Of a DNA stretch of 64,000 bases, positions 1-13,908 are shown in pieces (position 1 is the first letter of the stretch; every line of letters starts with the position of its first letter). The notes beneath the pieces are model-generated. The model had not been told where the DNA came from and searched no databases. It saw only the letters and a program-made list of their open reading frames with translations. The stretch covers positions 2,356,001-2,420,000 of the forward strand of contig OZ024763.1 of the NCBI GenBank assembly GCA_964016885.1. The letters are read 5' to 3'. The stretch is from Eledone cirrhosa. Taxonomy: Eukaryota. The translations under genes and the position numbers were made by a program.

Positions 1-840
1 GTAAAGTGGACGTGGAGTTGCCACAGAAAAAAGCACCCAGCACTCATTGTAAAGTGGATGTGGAGGTGCCACAGAAAAAAAGCACCCAGCCCACACTGCA
101 AAGTGGACGTGGAGGTGCCACTGAAAAAAGCACCCAGCCCACACTGTAAAGTGGACGTGGAGGTGCCACAGAAAAAAGCACCCAGCCCACACTGTAAAGT
201 GGACGTGGAGGTGCCACAGAAAAAAAGCACCCAGCCCACACTGTAAAGTGGACGTGGAGGTGCCACAGAAAAAAAGCACCCAGCACTCACTGTAAAGTGG
301 ACGTGGAGGTGCTACAGAAAAAAGCACCCAGCACTCACTGTAAAGTGGACGTGGAGGTGCCACAGAAAAAAGCACCCAGCCCACACTGTAAAGTGGACGT
401 TGAGGTGCCACAGAAAAAAGCACCCAGCACACACTGTAAAGTGGACGTGGAGGTGCCACAGAAAAAAGCACCCAGCCCACACTGTAAAGTGGACGTGGAG
501 GTGCCACAGAAAAAAAGCACCCAGCACTCACTGTAAAGTGGACGTGGAGGTGCTACAGAAAAAAGCACCCAGCACTCACTGTAAAGTGGACGTGGAGGTG
601 CCACAGAAAAAAGCACCCAGCCCACACTGTAAAGTGGACGTTGAGGTGCCACAGAAAAAAGCACCCAGCACACACTGTAAAGTGGACGTGGAGGTGCCAC
701 AGAAAAAAGCACCCAGCCCACACTGTAAAGTGGACGTGGAGGTGCCACAGAAAAAAGCACCCAGCCCACACTGTAAAGTGGACGTGGAGGTGCCACAGAA
801 AAAAGCACCCAGCACTCACTGTAAAGTGGACGTGGAGGTC
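1..840 (+). repeat. 48-49 bp minisatellite (~17 copies, runs off window start) derived from SINE body sequence
   Basis: Unit GTAAAGTGGACGTGGAGGTGCCACAGAAAAAAGCACCCAGCCCACACT; matches the SINE body at ~33665-33715; followed by a retroposon tail at 841-927. Confidence 0.95.
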
Positions 841-927
841 AGCCGACTGGACGCTGCCCACAACAGGACAACCTGTCTAACCCATGCTAGCGTGGAAGAA
901 TGGACGTAAAACGGTGATGAGGATGAT
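841..927 (+). mobile_element. 3' tail of RTE-mobilised retroposon
   Basis: AACCCATGCTAGCGTGGAAGAATGGACGTAAAACGGTGATGA, nearly identical to ~29970-30050. Confidence 0.8.
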
Positions 928-1129
928 ATGTGTGTACAGACTTCTTCTTAGTCCCCTCCTCCAAGCCAAAATAGCTTCACCTCCCTCCACCCCACCCTGT
1001 ACTACAGGGATATAATAAACTTATTGACATACAACCAATAACAGTTTATTAGATTAGTAGCGAGAAAATATATAAGAGACTGAGTGAATATAAGAAGGCG
1101 TTTGACTCATCTGTGTAAATAGACTAAGG

Positions 1130-4100
1130 TAGGGTGTGGTGTGGTGTGGTTGTTGTGTGGTGTAGTAGTATGGTGTGGTGTTGTGTGATGTGGTGTGGTG
1201 TAGTGTAGTGTAGTAGTATTGTGTGGTGTTGCATGGTGTGGTGTAGTGTAGTAGTATGGTGTTGTGTTGTGTGATGTGGTGTAGTGTGGTGTAGTGTAGT
1301 AGTATGGTGTTGTGGTGTAGTGTAGTAGTATGGTGTGGTGTGGTGTGTTGTATTGTGTGATGTGGTGTAGTGTAGTAGAGTGGGGTGGGAGGGTTGTCAT
1401 GTGGGGGTGGTATGGTGGTGTGTAGTGTGATGTATTATGCTGTGGTGGTGTGGTATAGTAAAGTGCGGGTTGTTGTGGTGTGGTGTAGTGTCGATGGTGT
1501 GGTGTTGGAGAGGGTATCAGTGGAGGTGTCGAAGGGGGGTGAGGGTCAGATTCAAATTAGCTGGAAATGGATTGTATCTGTTTCTTATCTCCCTGGTATT
1601 GTTTCCTGGCGGCCATTATGGAGGAGGAGGAGGGCTGGGGGGTTGATTTCATCTTACAACCATCATCAACAACAACATTATCATCACTACTAACACCATT
1701 GCCATCATCACCAACACTATCACCACCAACCACCACCACCTCACACCACCACCATCACTGTCACCACCACACCCACAAGTTGCCATCATCACATGCACAC
1801 ACACACACACACACCACCACCATCACATATACACACACTACCAACACCACCACCACCACCACCGCACCTCCATCACCGCACCTCCACCCCCACACCATCA
1901 CACCCCCACCACTAACAACAGTATCACCCCCCACACCCTCACCACATCACCACCACCACCATACCACCACACCAACACCACCAAATGGCTACACCACCAC
2001 TATACCATCCCACCCCACCACACCACCACAGCACACCACTAACAACAATATCACCCCCACACCACTACACCCCCTCCCCCCAATCACCGACACCCACCAC
2101 ACCCCCACACCACTACACCACACCACCACCACCCTACCACCAACACCTAGCACACACCCCCCACCACCTCTACACCAGTCCTTGGGCATATCAAGGAACC
2201 TAAACTTGTTTTCTCCTCCAATGACTCATCCGTCACAGGTGGTAGGTAAATATTATTAACACCACCACTATCATCACTACCACCACCACCATTACCATCA
2301 CCAACACCACCACTACCACTACCACCACCATCACTACCACCACCACCATTACCATCACCAACACCACCACTACCACTACCACCACCATCACTACCACCAC
2401 CACCAACACCACCACCCTCTACTACAACCACCACTACCATCAACACCACCAACACCACCACCCTCTACTACAACCATCATCACCACCACTATCACCACAA
2501 CCACCACCACCATTATCATCACCAACACCACCACTACTACTACCACCACCACCACTACCATCAACACCACCAACACCACCACCCTCTACTACAACCATCA
2601 TCACCACCACTATCACCACAACCACCACCACCATTATCATCACCAACACCACCACTACTACTACCACCACCACCACTACCATCAACACCACCAACACCAC
2701 CACCCTCTACTACAACCATCATCACCACCACTATCACCACAACCACCACCACCATTATCATCACCAACACCACCACTACTACTACCACCACCACCACTAC
2801 CATCAACACCACCAACACCACCACCCTCTACTACAACCATCATCACCACCACTATCACCACAACCACCACCACCATTATCATCACCAACACCACCACTAC
2901 TACTACCACCACCACCACTACCATCAACACCACCAACACCACCACCCTCTACTACAACCATCATCACCACCACTATCACCACAACCACCACCACCATTAT
3001 CATCACCAACACCACCACTACCATCAACACCACCAACACCACCACTATTACTACCACCACCACTACCATCAACACCACCAACACCACCACCTCTACTACA
3101 ACCATCATCAACACCACTATCACCACAACCACCACCACCATTATCATCACCAACACCACCACTACTACTACCACCACCACCACTACCATCAACACCACCA
3201 ACACCACCACCCTCTACTACAACCATCATCACCACCACTATCACCAACACCACCACTACCATCAACACTACCAACACCACCACTTCTACTACCACCACCA
3301 CCATCAACACCACCAACACCACCACCTCTACTACAACCATCATCACCACCACTATCACCACAACCACCACCACCATTATCATCACCAACACCACCACTAC
3401 TACTACCACCACCACCACTACCATCAACACCACCAACACCACCACCCTCTACTACAACCATCATCACCACCACTATCACCACAACCACCACCACCATTAT
3501 CATCACCAACACCACCACTACTACTACTACCACCACCACCACTACCATCAACACCACCAACACCACCACCTCTACTACAACCATCATCACCACCACTATC
3601 ACCACAGCCACCACCACTATCACCACAACCACCACCACCATTACCATCACCAACACCACCACAACCATCAACACCACCAACACCACCACCTCTACTACAA
3701 CCACCATCACCACCACCACCACCACCATTACCATCACCAACACCACCACTACTACTACTACCACCACCACCACCACCACCACTACTACCACCACCACCAC
3801 CACCACTACCATCAACACCACCACCTCTACTACAACCACCATCACCACCACTATCACCACAACCACCACCACCATTACCATCACCAACACCACCACTACT
3901 ACTACCACCACCACCACTACCATCAACACCATCACCTCTACTACAACCATCATCACCACCACTATCACCACAACCACCACTACTACTACTACCACCACCA
4001 CCACTACCATCAACACCACCAATATCTTCTACACCCCCACCAACACCACCACCATCATCACCACCACCATCATCATCACCACCACCATCATCATCACCAC

Positions 4101-4180
4101 CATCATCATCACTACCATCACCACCAACACTACTGCCAGCAACTCCAACACTACTGCCAGCAACACCATCACCACTTTCA
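1130..4180. repeat. Compound (GTG/GTA)n and (CAC/CAT/CAA)n microsatellite field with an internal 121-bp higher-order repeat (~2400-3550)
   Basis: Direct reading; identical ORF translations recur every 121 bp (2440, 2561, 2682, 2803). Confidence 0.95.
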
Positions 4181-4189
4181 CCAAGCTAA

Positions 4190-4290
4190 CCTCCGTGGAT
4201 TTTGAGGGTTAACTTTGCCTAAAATAAAGTACCAGTAATGTACTGGGGTCAATTTAATCGACTTCCCCTCCCCTCAGAAACCATAACTTT
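4190..4290 (+). mobile_element. Degenerate fragment of Meta-type SINE
   Basis: GTTAACTTTGCC...AAATAAAGTACCAGTAATGTACTGGGGTCAATTTAATCGACTT, matches copies at 48680-48963. Confidence 0.65.
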
Positions 4291-4379
4291 CAAAATTTGA
4301 AACCAAAATTTGAAATCACAGGCAATTTTAAAGATATGTATAACTTAGGAGTGATTTTAGTAAAATACATTTTTCATTT

Positions 4380-6449
4380 TTAAACCAGGGTATATAACTT
4401 TATTTCAACCAGAGTATAGAATATAATTTAAGCCAGAGTATAGAATATAATTTAAACCAGGGTATATAACTTTATTTCAACCAGAGTATAGAATATAATT
4501 TAAGCCTGAGTATAGAATATAATTTAAACCAGGGTATATAACTTTATTTCAACCAGAGTATAGAATATAATTTAAGCCAGGGTATGGAATATAATTTAAA
4601 CCAGGGTATATAACTTTATTTCAACCAGAGTATAGAATATAATTTAAGCCAGGGTATGGAATATAATTTAAACCAGGGTATATAACTTTATTTCAACCAG
4701 GGTATAGAATATAATTTAAACCAGGGTATAGAATATAATTTAAACCAGGGTATATAACTTTATTTCAACCAGAGTATAGAATATAATTTAAGCCAGAGTA
4801 TAGAATATAATTTAAACCAGGGTATATAACTTTATTTCAACCAGGGTATAGAATATAATTTAAACCAGGGTATAGAATATAATTTAAACCAGGGTATATA
4901 ACTTTATTTCAACCAGAGTATAGAATATAATTTAAGCCAGAGTATAGAATATAATTTAAACCAGGGTATATAACTTTATTTCAACCAGAGTATAGAATAT
5001 AATTTAAGCCAGGGTATGGAATATAATTTAAACCAGGGTATATAACTTTATTTCAACCAGAGTATAGAATATAATTTAAGCCAGGGTATGGAATATAATT
5101 TAAACCAGGGTATATAACTTTATTTCAACCAGAGTATAGAATATAATTTAAGCCAGGGTATGGAATATAATTTAAACCAGGGTATATAACTTTATTTCAA
5201 CCAGAGTATAGAATATAATTTAAGCCAGAGTATAGAATATAATTTAAACCAGGGTATATAACTTTATTTCAACCAGAGTATAGAATATAATTTAAGCCAG
5301 GGTATATAACTTTATTTCAACCAGGGTATAGAATATAATTTAAACCAGGGTATATAACTTTATTTCAACCAGAGTATAGAATATAATTTAAGCCAGAGTA
5401 TAGAATATAATTTAAACCAGGGTATATAACTTTATTTCAACCAGAGTATAGAATATAATTTAAGCCAGGGTATGGAATATAATTTAAACCAGGGTATATA
5501 ACTTTATTTCAACCAGAGTATGGAATATAATTTAAACCAGGGTATATAACTTTATTTCAACCAGAGTATAGAATATAATTTAAGCCAGAGTATAGAATAT
5601 AATTTAAACCAGGGTATATAACTTTATTTCAACCAGAGTATAGAATATAATTTAAGCCAGGGTATATAACTTTATTTCAACCAGGGTATAGAATATAATT
5701 TAAACCAGGGTATATAACTTTATTTCAACCAGAGTATAGAATATAATTTAAGCCAGAGTATAGAATATAATTTAAACCAGGGTATATAACTTTATTTCAA
5801 CCAGGGTATAGAATATAATTTAAACCAGGGTATAGAATATAATTTAAACCAGGGTATATAACTTTATTTCAACCAGGGTATAGAATATAATTTAAGCCAG
5901 GATATAGAATATAATTTAAGCCAGGGTATAGAATATAATTTAAGCCAGGGTATATAACTTTATTTCAACCAGGGTATAGAATATAATTTAAGCCAGGGTA
6001 TATAACTCTATTTCAACCAGGGTATAGAATATAATTTAAACTAGGGTATATAACTTTATTTCAACCAGGGTATAGAATATAATTTAAACTAGGGTATATA
6101 ACTTTATTTCAACCAGGGTATAGAATAGAATTTCAACCAGGGTATAGAATATAATTTAAACCAGGGTATATAACTTTATTTCAACCAGAGTATAGAATAT
6201 AATTTAAACCAGGGTATATAACTTTATTTCAACCAGGGTATAGAGTATAATTTAAACCAGGGTATATAACTTTATTTCAACCAGGGTATAGAATATAATT
6301 TAAGCCAGGGTATATAACTTTATTTCAACCAGGGTATAGAATATAATTTAAGCCAGGGTATATAACTTTATTTCAACCAGGGTATAGAATATAATTTAAG
6401 CCAGGGTATAGAATATGATTTAAAGCAGGGTATAGAATATAATTTAAAG
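4380..6449. repeat. 24-bp minisatellite with two monomer types (~86 monomers), frequent 72-bp ABB higher-order unit
   Basis: A=AACCAGGGTATATAACTTTATTTC, B=AACCAGAGTATAGAATATAATTTA. Confidence 0.95.
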
Positions 6450-6451
6450 CT

Positions 6452-7095
6452 CCACCATCACAACCAACCATCACCCCACAACAACCACCACCCCACAACA
6501 ACCACCACCTCACAATAACCACCACCTCACAATAACCACCACCCCACAACAACCACCACCTCACAACAACCACCACCCCACAACAACTACCGCCACTGCC
6601 ACCACAACCAGCAACATCCTCACCACCACCACCACCACCACCATCAACAACAACAACAATCACCTCCACCACCACTACCACTGCCACCACCTCCACCACC
6701 AACAACAGCAACTACCACCACCACTGCCACCACCTTCACCAACAACAACCACCACCACCACCACCACCACCACCACCACCACCACTGCCACCACTACCTC
6801 CACCTCTACCACCACCACCACCACCACTACCAACAACAACAACCACCACTACCACTGCCACCACCACCACCACCACCACCATCAACAACAACAACAATCA
6901 CCTCCACCACCACTACCACTGCCACCACCTCCACCACCAACAACAGCAACAGCAACTACCACCACCACTGCCACCACCTTCACCAACAACAACCACCACC
7001 ACCACCACCACCACCACCACCACTGCCACCACTACCTCCACCTCTACCACCACCACCACCACCACCACCACCACCACCTACCATCAACAACCACT
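6452..7095. repeat. (CAC/CAA)n microsatellite with internal block duplication
   Basis: Direct reading. Confidence 0.9.
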
Positions 7096-7402
7096 ACATG
7101 ACTATTGAGAGGGGGAAAACATTAATGATGTTAAGAGGGAGGGGGGGGGGGGTTAGTAGAGGATGAGGTGGAAGGTAGAGGTGTGTGAGGAGGTATCGGA
7201 GGTGTGTGGATGCTGTAGACCATTGGATGAGAAAACCGAAGTTGAGTGAGGTGAGATGTAAAGTTGATTGACTGAGATAGAAAAACTCTTTTGATCTTTC
7301 TGGAATTTCAAGATTATTGTCAAAAGTCAAGAATTCATCAATAATTTTGTTTCCTTTAATCTTGAAATAGCTCCCGCTTTAGCTTCTACCGTTATCTGAT
7401 CG

Positions 7403-9425
7403 ACAGGAACACGAGGGTGGAGACGACAGAGGCACCATGGTAGAGACAATAGAGGCACCACGGTGTAGACAGAGGCACCACGGTGTAGACAGAGGCACCA
7501 CGGTGTAGACGACAGAGGCTCGAGGGTACAGACGACGGAGGCACTATGGTGGAGACGACAGAGGCACCATGGTAGAGACAATAGAGGCACCACGGTGTAG
7601 GCAGAGGCACCACGGTGTAGACAGAGGCACCACGGTGTAGACGACAGAGGCTCGAGGGTACAAACGACAGAGGCACGAGGGTACAGACGACAGAGGCACG
7701 AGGGTACAGACGACAGAGGCACGAGGGTACAGACGACAGAGGCACGAGGGTACAGATGACAGAGGCACGAGGGTACAAACGACAGAGGCACCATGGTAGA
7801 GACAATAGAGGCACCACGGTGTAGACAGAGGCACCACGGTGTAGACGACAGAGGCTCGAGGGTACAAACGACAGAGGCACGAGGGTACAGAGGCACGAGG
7901 GTACAGATGACAGAGGCACGAGGGTACAGACGACAGAGGCACGAGGGTACAGACGACAGAGGCACGAGGGTACAGACGACAGAGGCACGAGGGTACAGAT
8001 GACAGAGGCACGAGGGTACAGATGACAGAGGCACGAGGGTACAGATGACAGAGGCACGAGGGTACAGACGACAGAGGCACGAGGGTACAGACGACAGAGG
8101 CACGAGGGTACAGACGACAGAGGCACGAGGGTACAAACGACAGAGGCACGAGGGTACAGACGACAGAGGCACGAGGGTACAAACGACAGAGGCACGAGGG
8201 TACAGATGACAGAGGCACGAGGGTACAGATGACAGAGGCACGAGGGTACAGATGACAGAGGCACGAGGGTACAGATGACAGAGGCACGAGGGTACAGACG
8301 ACAGAGGCACGAGGGTACAGACGACAGAGGCACGAGGGTACAGACGACAGAGGCACGAGGGTACAAACGACAGAGGCACGAGGGTACAGACGACAGAGGC
8401 ACGAGGGTACAAACGACAGAGGCACGAGGGTACAGATGACAGAGGCACGAGGGTACAGATGACAGAGGCACGAGGGTACAGACGACAGAGGCACGAGGGT
8501 ACAGACGACAGAGGCACGAGGGTACAAACGACAGAGGCACGAGGGTACAGACGACAGAGGCACGAGGGTACAAACGACAGAGGCACGAGGGTACAGATGA
8601 CAGAGGCACGAGGGTACAGACGACAGAGGCACGAGGGTACAGATGACAGAGGCACGAGGGTACAGACGACAGAGGCACGAGGGTACAGATGACAGAGGCA
8701 CGAGGGTACAGATGACAGAGGCATGAGGGTGTAGACGACAGAGACACTATGGTGGAGACGACAGAGGCACGGGGGTAGAGACGACAGAGACACTACGGTG
8801 GAGACAGAGGCACGGGGGTAGAGACGACAGAGGCATGAGGGTGTAGACGACAGAGGCACTACGGTGGAGACAGAGGCACGGGGGTAGAGACGACAGAGGC
8901 ACGAGGGTACAGACGACAGAGACACTACGGTGGAGACAGAGGCACGAGGGTACAGATGACAGAGGCATGAGGGTGTAGACGACAGAGGCACTACGGTGGA
9001 GACAGAGGCATGAGGGTAGAGACGACAGAGGCATGAGGGTGTAGACGACAGAGGCACTACGGTGGAGACAGAGGCACGGGGGTAGAGACGACAGAGGCAC
9101 GAGGGTGTAGACGACAGAGGCACTACGGTGGAGACGACAGAGGCACGGGAGTAGAGACGACAGAGGCATGAGGGTGTAGACGACAGAGGCACTACGGTGG
9201 AGACGACAGAGGCACGGGAGTAGAGACGACAGAGGCATGAGGGTGTAGACGACAGAGGAACTACGGTGTAGACGACAGAGGAACTACGGTGTAGACAGAG
9301 GCACTACGGTGTAGGCGACAGAGGTACCAGGGTGTAGATGAGAGAGGCACTACGGTGTAGACGACAGAGGCACTATGGTGTAGACAGGCAGGAAGGTAGA
9401 CACGACAGAGGCACCATGGTGTAGA
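7403..9425. repeat. 23-bp GC-rich minisatellite (~88 units), homogeneous centre and diverged edges
   Basis: Unit ACGACAGAGGCACGAGGGTACAG; minus-strand ORFs open in all three frames with 23-aa period. Confidence 0.95.
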
Positions 9426-9769
9426 GGTTGTCTGCAGTGTAGTGGAGTTCTGTTGAATGTATTTATCTATGGGAGGGGACAAAATTTACACAAAAAACAA
9501 AACAATTATTAAAAAGAAACTCTAATGGTGAGGTCAGTCACTTCTTCTTCAGCCATGTTTTCTTCTTCTGCCACTTATTCCTGAGATGGTCGTTGGGGGC
9601 TGAGTCCTCAAACACTCATAAGCAGCCATTTGCAGTATATTTTAGGAAGAGGCTAGAGGCTATGTAGCCGGTAAGAGTGTCAGACACCATGAGTTGCAGC
9701 CCTAGTTAAGACAACTAGCAGAAAAACCACTCTTCACTTGTACTTTGTTGCATTATCCATGCAGCTATC

Positions 9770-11100
9770 TATTTAGAACTGTATATAGCTATGGTGCGGC
9801 CACACTTAGAATTTGCATCACCAGTCTGGAACCCCTATCTTGCTCAGAACATTGACCGCCTGGAGACGTGCAACCAAGCGAATATCCTCCATCAGGCATC
9901 TGCTATATTCTGAACACCTTGCTTCCCTGGGCATGGATACATTGAAGCTCCGACGTCTGGCAACTGACTTGGTAAACACCCACAAGATTATTAACCATCT
10001 TGCCAACAACAACCCTGAGTACCTTTTTGATTTCCATGTGTCTAACACACGTGGGCATGCCTACAAAGTCAGAAAACAGCACAGCTCTCATGACTTTCGG
10101 AAAAAAATGTTCACGCTTAGAGTTGCTGAAGCATGGAACAAACTACCTGCATCAGTTGTTAGCTGTCGAGATACTGCATCCTTTAAAACCTCCATGGAAC
10201 AAACTACCTGCATCGGTTGTTAGCTGTCGAGACACTGCATCCTTTAAAACCTCCATGGAACAAACTCCCTGCATCAGTTGTTAGCTGTCGAGACACTGCA
10301 TCCTTTAAAACCTCCATGGAACAAATTACCTGCACCAGTTGTTAGCTTTCGAGACACTGCATCCTTTAAAACCTCCATGGAACAAACTACCTGCATCAGT
10401 TGTTAGCTGTCGAGAAACTGCATCCTTTAAAACCTCCATGGAACAAACTACCTGCATCAGTTGTTAGCTGTCGAGACACTGCATCCTTTAAAACCTCCAT
10501 GGAACAAACTACCTGCACCAGTTGTTAGCTTTCGAGACACTGCATCCTTTAAAACCTCCATGGAACAAACTACCTGCATCAGTTGTTAGCTGTCGAGACA
10601 CTGCATCCTTTAAAACTTCCATGGAACAAACTACCTGCATCAGTTGTTAGCTGTCGAGATACTGCATCCTTTAAAATCTCCATGGAACAAACTACCTTCA
10701 TCAGTTGTAAGCTGTCGAGACACTGCATCCTTTAAAACCTCCATGGAACAAACTACCTTCATCAGTTGTCAGCTGTCGAGACACTGCATCCCTTAAAACC
10801 TCCATGGAACAAACTACCTGCATCAGTTGTCAGCTGTCGAGACACTGCATCCCTTAAAACCTCCATGGAACAAACTACCTGCATCAGTTGTTAGCTGTCG
10901 AGACACTGCATCCTTTAAAACCTCCATGCTTCCTGAGATTCACCAACACTACACCTGATATTCCCCCTCCATACACACACACATGTATATCATGACTCAT
11001 ACACTGTTCATTTTCCTCACATTTGTACATTATTCTATGTACTATACATGCACCTTTGATGAGTTGTAGTGCACCTGAGCACTGTACACAATAATTTCAT
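9770..11100 (+). mobile_element. 5'-truncated, frameshifted CR1-type LINE (ORF2 C-terminus plus 3' UTR)
   Basis: LYIAMVRPHLEFASPVWNPY, RATKRI, LRRLATDLVNTHKII, NTRGHAYKV, FTLRVAEAWNKLP are typical CR1-clade post-RT motifs; 3' UTR recurs at 33273, 54600, 60992. Confidence 0.9.
10132..10928 (+). repeat. 61-bp tandem array (13 copies) amplified from CR1 ORF2 end
   Basis: Unit CATGGAACAAACTACCTGCATCAGTTGTTAGCTGTCGAGACACTGCATCCTTTAAAACCTC; LINE sequence resumes after the array. Confidence 0.95.
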
Positions 11101-11185
11101 CCTTACGGGGTCGATAAAATAAAGTACCAGTAATGTACCTGGGTAATTGCTGGCCTTGTGCCAAAAGTAGAAACAATTATTATTA
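11096..11185 (+). mobile_element. 3' half of Meta-type SINE fused to CR1 tail
   Basis: TTCATCCTTACGGGGTCGATAAAATAAAGTACCAG...GTAGAAACAATTATTATT. Confidence 0.8.
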
Positions 11186-11949
11186 TATATATGTTGTTGT
11201 TTGTCTGGAAGCCATTAGTGTTTCTTCTGTTGCTGCTGCTGATGTTAAATATCAGCTTGACCAATGGCTGATGACGACAAAGGCCACATGACATGTTATT
11301 ACAGTTTACAGTGAAGTTATAAAGCTTCATCTGTCATATTCCAGTTTAGTAACTGGTCCACTGTTTCTGTCCAGATCAGGAAAAAACAACAAAAACATCT
11401 TTCCCCTCCCCTCAGATAACAATAACAACATTTATTTTTTCATAATCAAAATGGCTTCCATTATCTTCTTCTTCTTCTTTGCCTTCTTCTTCTTCATTTC
11501 CAATCTGATTTTTTTTTATTTTGTAATTCATTTTATGATGACCACCACCACCATCATCATCACCACCATCACCACCACCACCACCACCACCACCACCACC
11601 ACCACCACCACCATCACCACCACCACCACCATCACCACCATCATCACCACCATCACCACCATCACCACCATCATCACCACCATCATCAGCACCACCACCA
11701 CCATCACCACCATCATCACCACCACCATCACCCCCATCACCATCACCACCACCATCATCAAGAATTGTAAATATATCCATCTTGAAATGCTAACTTATCA
11801 AAAAACTGAGCGTTTTAATGACATCGGAGTTTGGAGTTGTGTGGAAGGAAGCCAGTAAAAGACATGGAACTATAGAATATTGTGTGAGAGGAATGTATAG
11901 AACCAATAATGGCTACCATAATACACTTAGACGATTTCATCTTGGAGAA

Positions 11950-11999
<50 letters not shown>

Positions 12000-12005
<6 letters not shown>

Positions 12006-12078
12006 GTCTTTAAAATATGTATACATACTTTTATTACAATGCTGTTGAAGTGTGCATATATTTTTGGGGGACACCGTG
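12000..12078. mobile_element. Minimal Tc1/mariner-type MITE relic
   Basis: Imperfect inverted ends AGGGTGTCTTTAAAATATGTATACATACTT / AAGTGTGCATATATTTTTGGGGGACACCGTG next to TA. Confidence 0.5.
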
Positions 12079-12098
12079 TGTGTGTGTGTATGTATATA

Positions 12099-12436
12099 TC
12101 ATCATCATCATCATTTTACATCCGCTTTTCCCTGCTTGCAAGGGTGGGACGGGAACTGATTCTGGCTTGATTTCTACAGCTGGATGCCCTTCCTAACACC
12201 AACCTCATTTACAGTGAGTGCTGGGTGCTTTTTTGCCGTGGCACCTCCACGACCACTTTGCAGTGGAATGATAGGGACCCCAGTCCCTATCATCTCATTT
12301 CTACAGCTGAGTAAACTGGAGCAATGTGAAATAAAGTGTCTTTCCCAAGGAAACAACACATCACCCGGTCTGAGAATTGAACTCACAACTTTTCGATTGC
12401 AAAGCCAATGCTCTAACCACTAAGCCATGTGCCTCC
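12099..12436 (-). mobile_element. Full-length tRNA-headed CORE-type SINE (family 1)
   Basis: Pol III A box TGGCTTAGTGG and B box AGTTCAATTC; CORE-like CCTTGAGCAAGACACTTTATTTCAC..CAGCTGTAGAAATG; RTE-like tail with (ATG)n. Confidence 0.9.
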
Positions 12437-12462
12437 ATGTGTATATATACACACACACACAC

Positions 12463-12493
<31 letters not shown>

Positions 12494-12511
12494 AATATAT
12501 ATATATAAAAA

Positions 12512-12568
12512 GATGATTTCTCCCAAATGAAACAGTTCTCGTCCTGTAGAAGCCATTTCTATATTAAA
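12512..12568 (+). mobile_element. HHR element family A, 5'-truncated inside the CUGAUGA core
   Basis: GATGA TTTCTCCCAAAT GAA ACAG ttctcgtc CTGT A GAAGCC; same family as 41235-41430. Confidence 0.7.
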
Positions 12569-12569
12569 C

Positions 12570-13908
12570 ACAGAGAGGCTGAGAGTAAGAGATTTGCCAG
12601 TGTTCTGCGACGGAAAGATCAGAGATGTGCGATGTTATGCAGTGTGTCAGTACAAATCAGGATGTTGTTGGAAATAAATGTGTCCGGAACGATGCTGGTG
12701 TACTTAGTGTTACGAATGATCAGAAAAAGGAGGCCTGGAAATGTCATTATGAGAGACTGATGAATGTGGAGAACGAATGGGACAGCGAGAAATTACCCCC
12801 AGTAGACCCGACAGAGGGACCAGCTATTGAGATTGATGAATATAGGATACAAGAGGCAATTAAGGAAATGAAAAATGGTAAGGCTGCTGGACCATCGGGG
12901 ATAGTTGCTGAGATGCTGAAGGCATGAGGAGAAGTAGGCACTAAACTGGTTGCACGCATCATTAATCACGCTATATATGGTGGTGTCATACCCAAAGACT
13001 GGTGCAGTAGTTTTCTCATAAATTGCTACAAAGGTAAAGGGTATCCTCTGGAGAGGAGCAATTATAGGGGCATAAAGCTGATGGATCAGGTTATGAAAGT
13101 GGCAGAGAGACTATTAGCGCAACTGATAAGAGAAAGGGTCAAATTAGATGAGATGCAATTTGGTTTTGTGCCTCGGAAAAGTACAACAGATGCCCTCTTC
13201 TTAGTGAGGCAACTACAAGAGAGGTTCTTAGAGAAGAATAAGCCACTATACTTAGCTTTTGTTGACCTAGAGAAGGCCTTTGATAGGGTACCCCGATCTG
13301 TCAGCTGGTGGTCCCTAAGGAAACTAGGTGTAGAGGAATGGCTTGAAGAAGTTTAGGGAAGAAGTTTAGGGCTGGAAGAAGTTTAGGGAGCTGCTTCCTT
13401 TGTTGACAAAGAAGGTTTCTCCCTGCGTATAAAAGGACAGTTATATGATGCCTGTGTGAGATGCGCGATGCTGCATGGTAGTAAGACATGGGCAGCAACT
13501 GCAGAAGATATGCGACGGCTGGAGAGAAATGAAGCAAGCATGCTCCGTTGGATGTGCAATGTCAATGTGCGTGAACGACCAAGCATAGACGAGTTGAGAA
13601 AGAAACTGGGTATAAGAGGGATAAGTTGTGGTGTACAGGAGAGGAGGCTGAGATGGTTTGGACATGTGATGCGCATGGAGGATGACCGCTGGGTAAAGAA
13701 GTGCCAAGAAATCCCAGTAGAAGGAAGACGCTGTAGAGGTAGACCACGTAAAACACGGGTGGAGGTGGTAAGAGCAGACCTCAGATTGCTGAAACTCACC
13801 GAGGAGATGACGAAGGACCGTGGCAAGTGGAGAGATGCTGTGCTGAATAGGACCCGTCCAACCCTTGCAAGCAGGGAGAAGAGGACGTCAAATGATGATG
13901 ATGATGAT
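12570..13908 (+). mobile_element. Decayed RTE-clade LINE (partial RT, internal deletion, intact 3' end)
   Basis: KAAGPSGIVAEMLK, NYRGIKL, QFGFVPRKSTTDA, FVDLEKAFDRV, RRLRWFGHVMRM, GRPRKT motifs; stop at 12925; catalytic YADD region deleted near 13350; (ATG)n tail. Confidence 0.95.

Noticed and set aside
1-840. CRISPR-like regular repeats (also 46509-46853 and 52904-53290)
   Set aside because: No unique spacers (units are contiguous or spacers are microsatellite), no cas genes, eukaryotic context
7327-9238. 621-aa, 451-aa and 385-aa Cys/Pro-rich ORFs
   Set aside because: All three frames are open because a stop-free 23-bp minisatellite is being read
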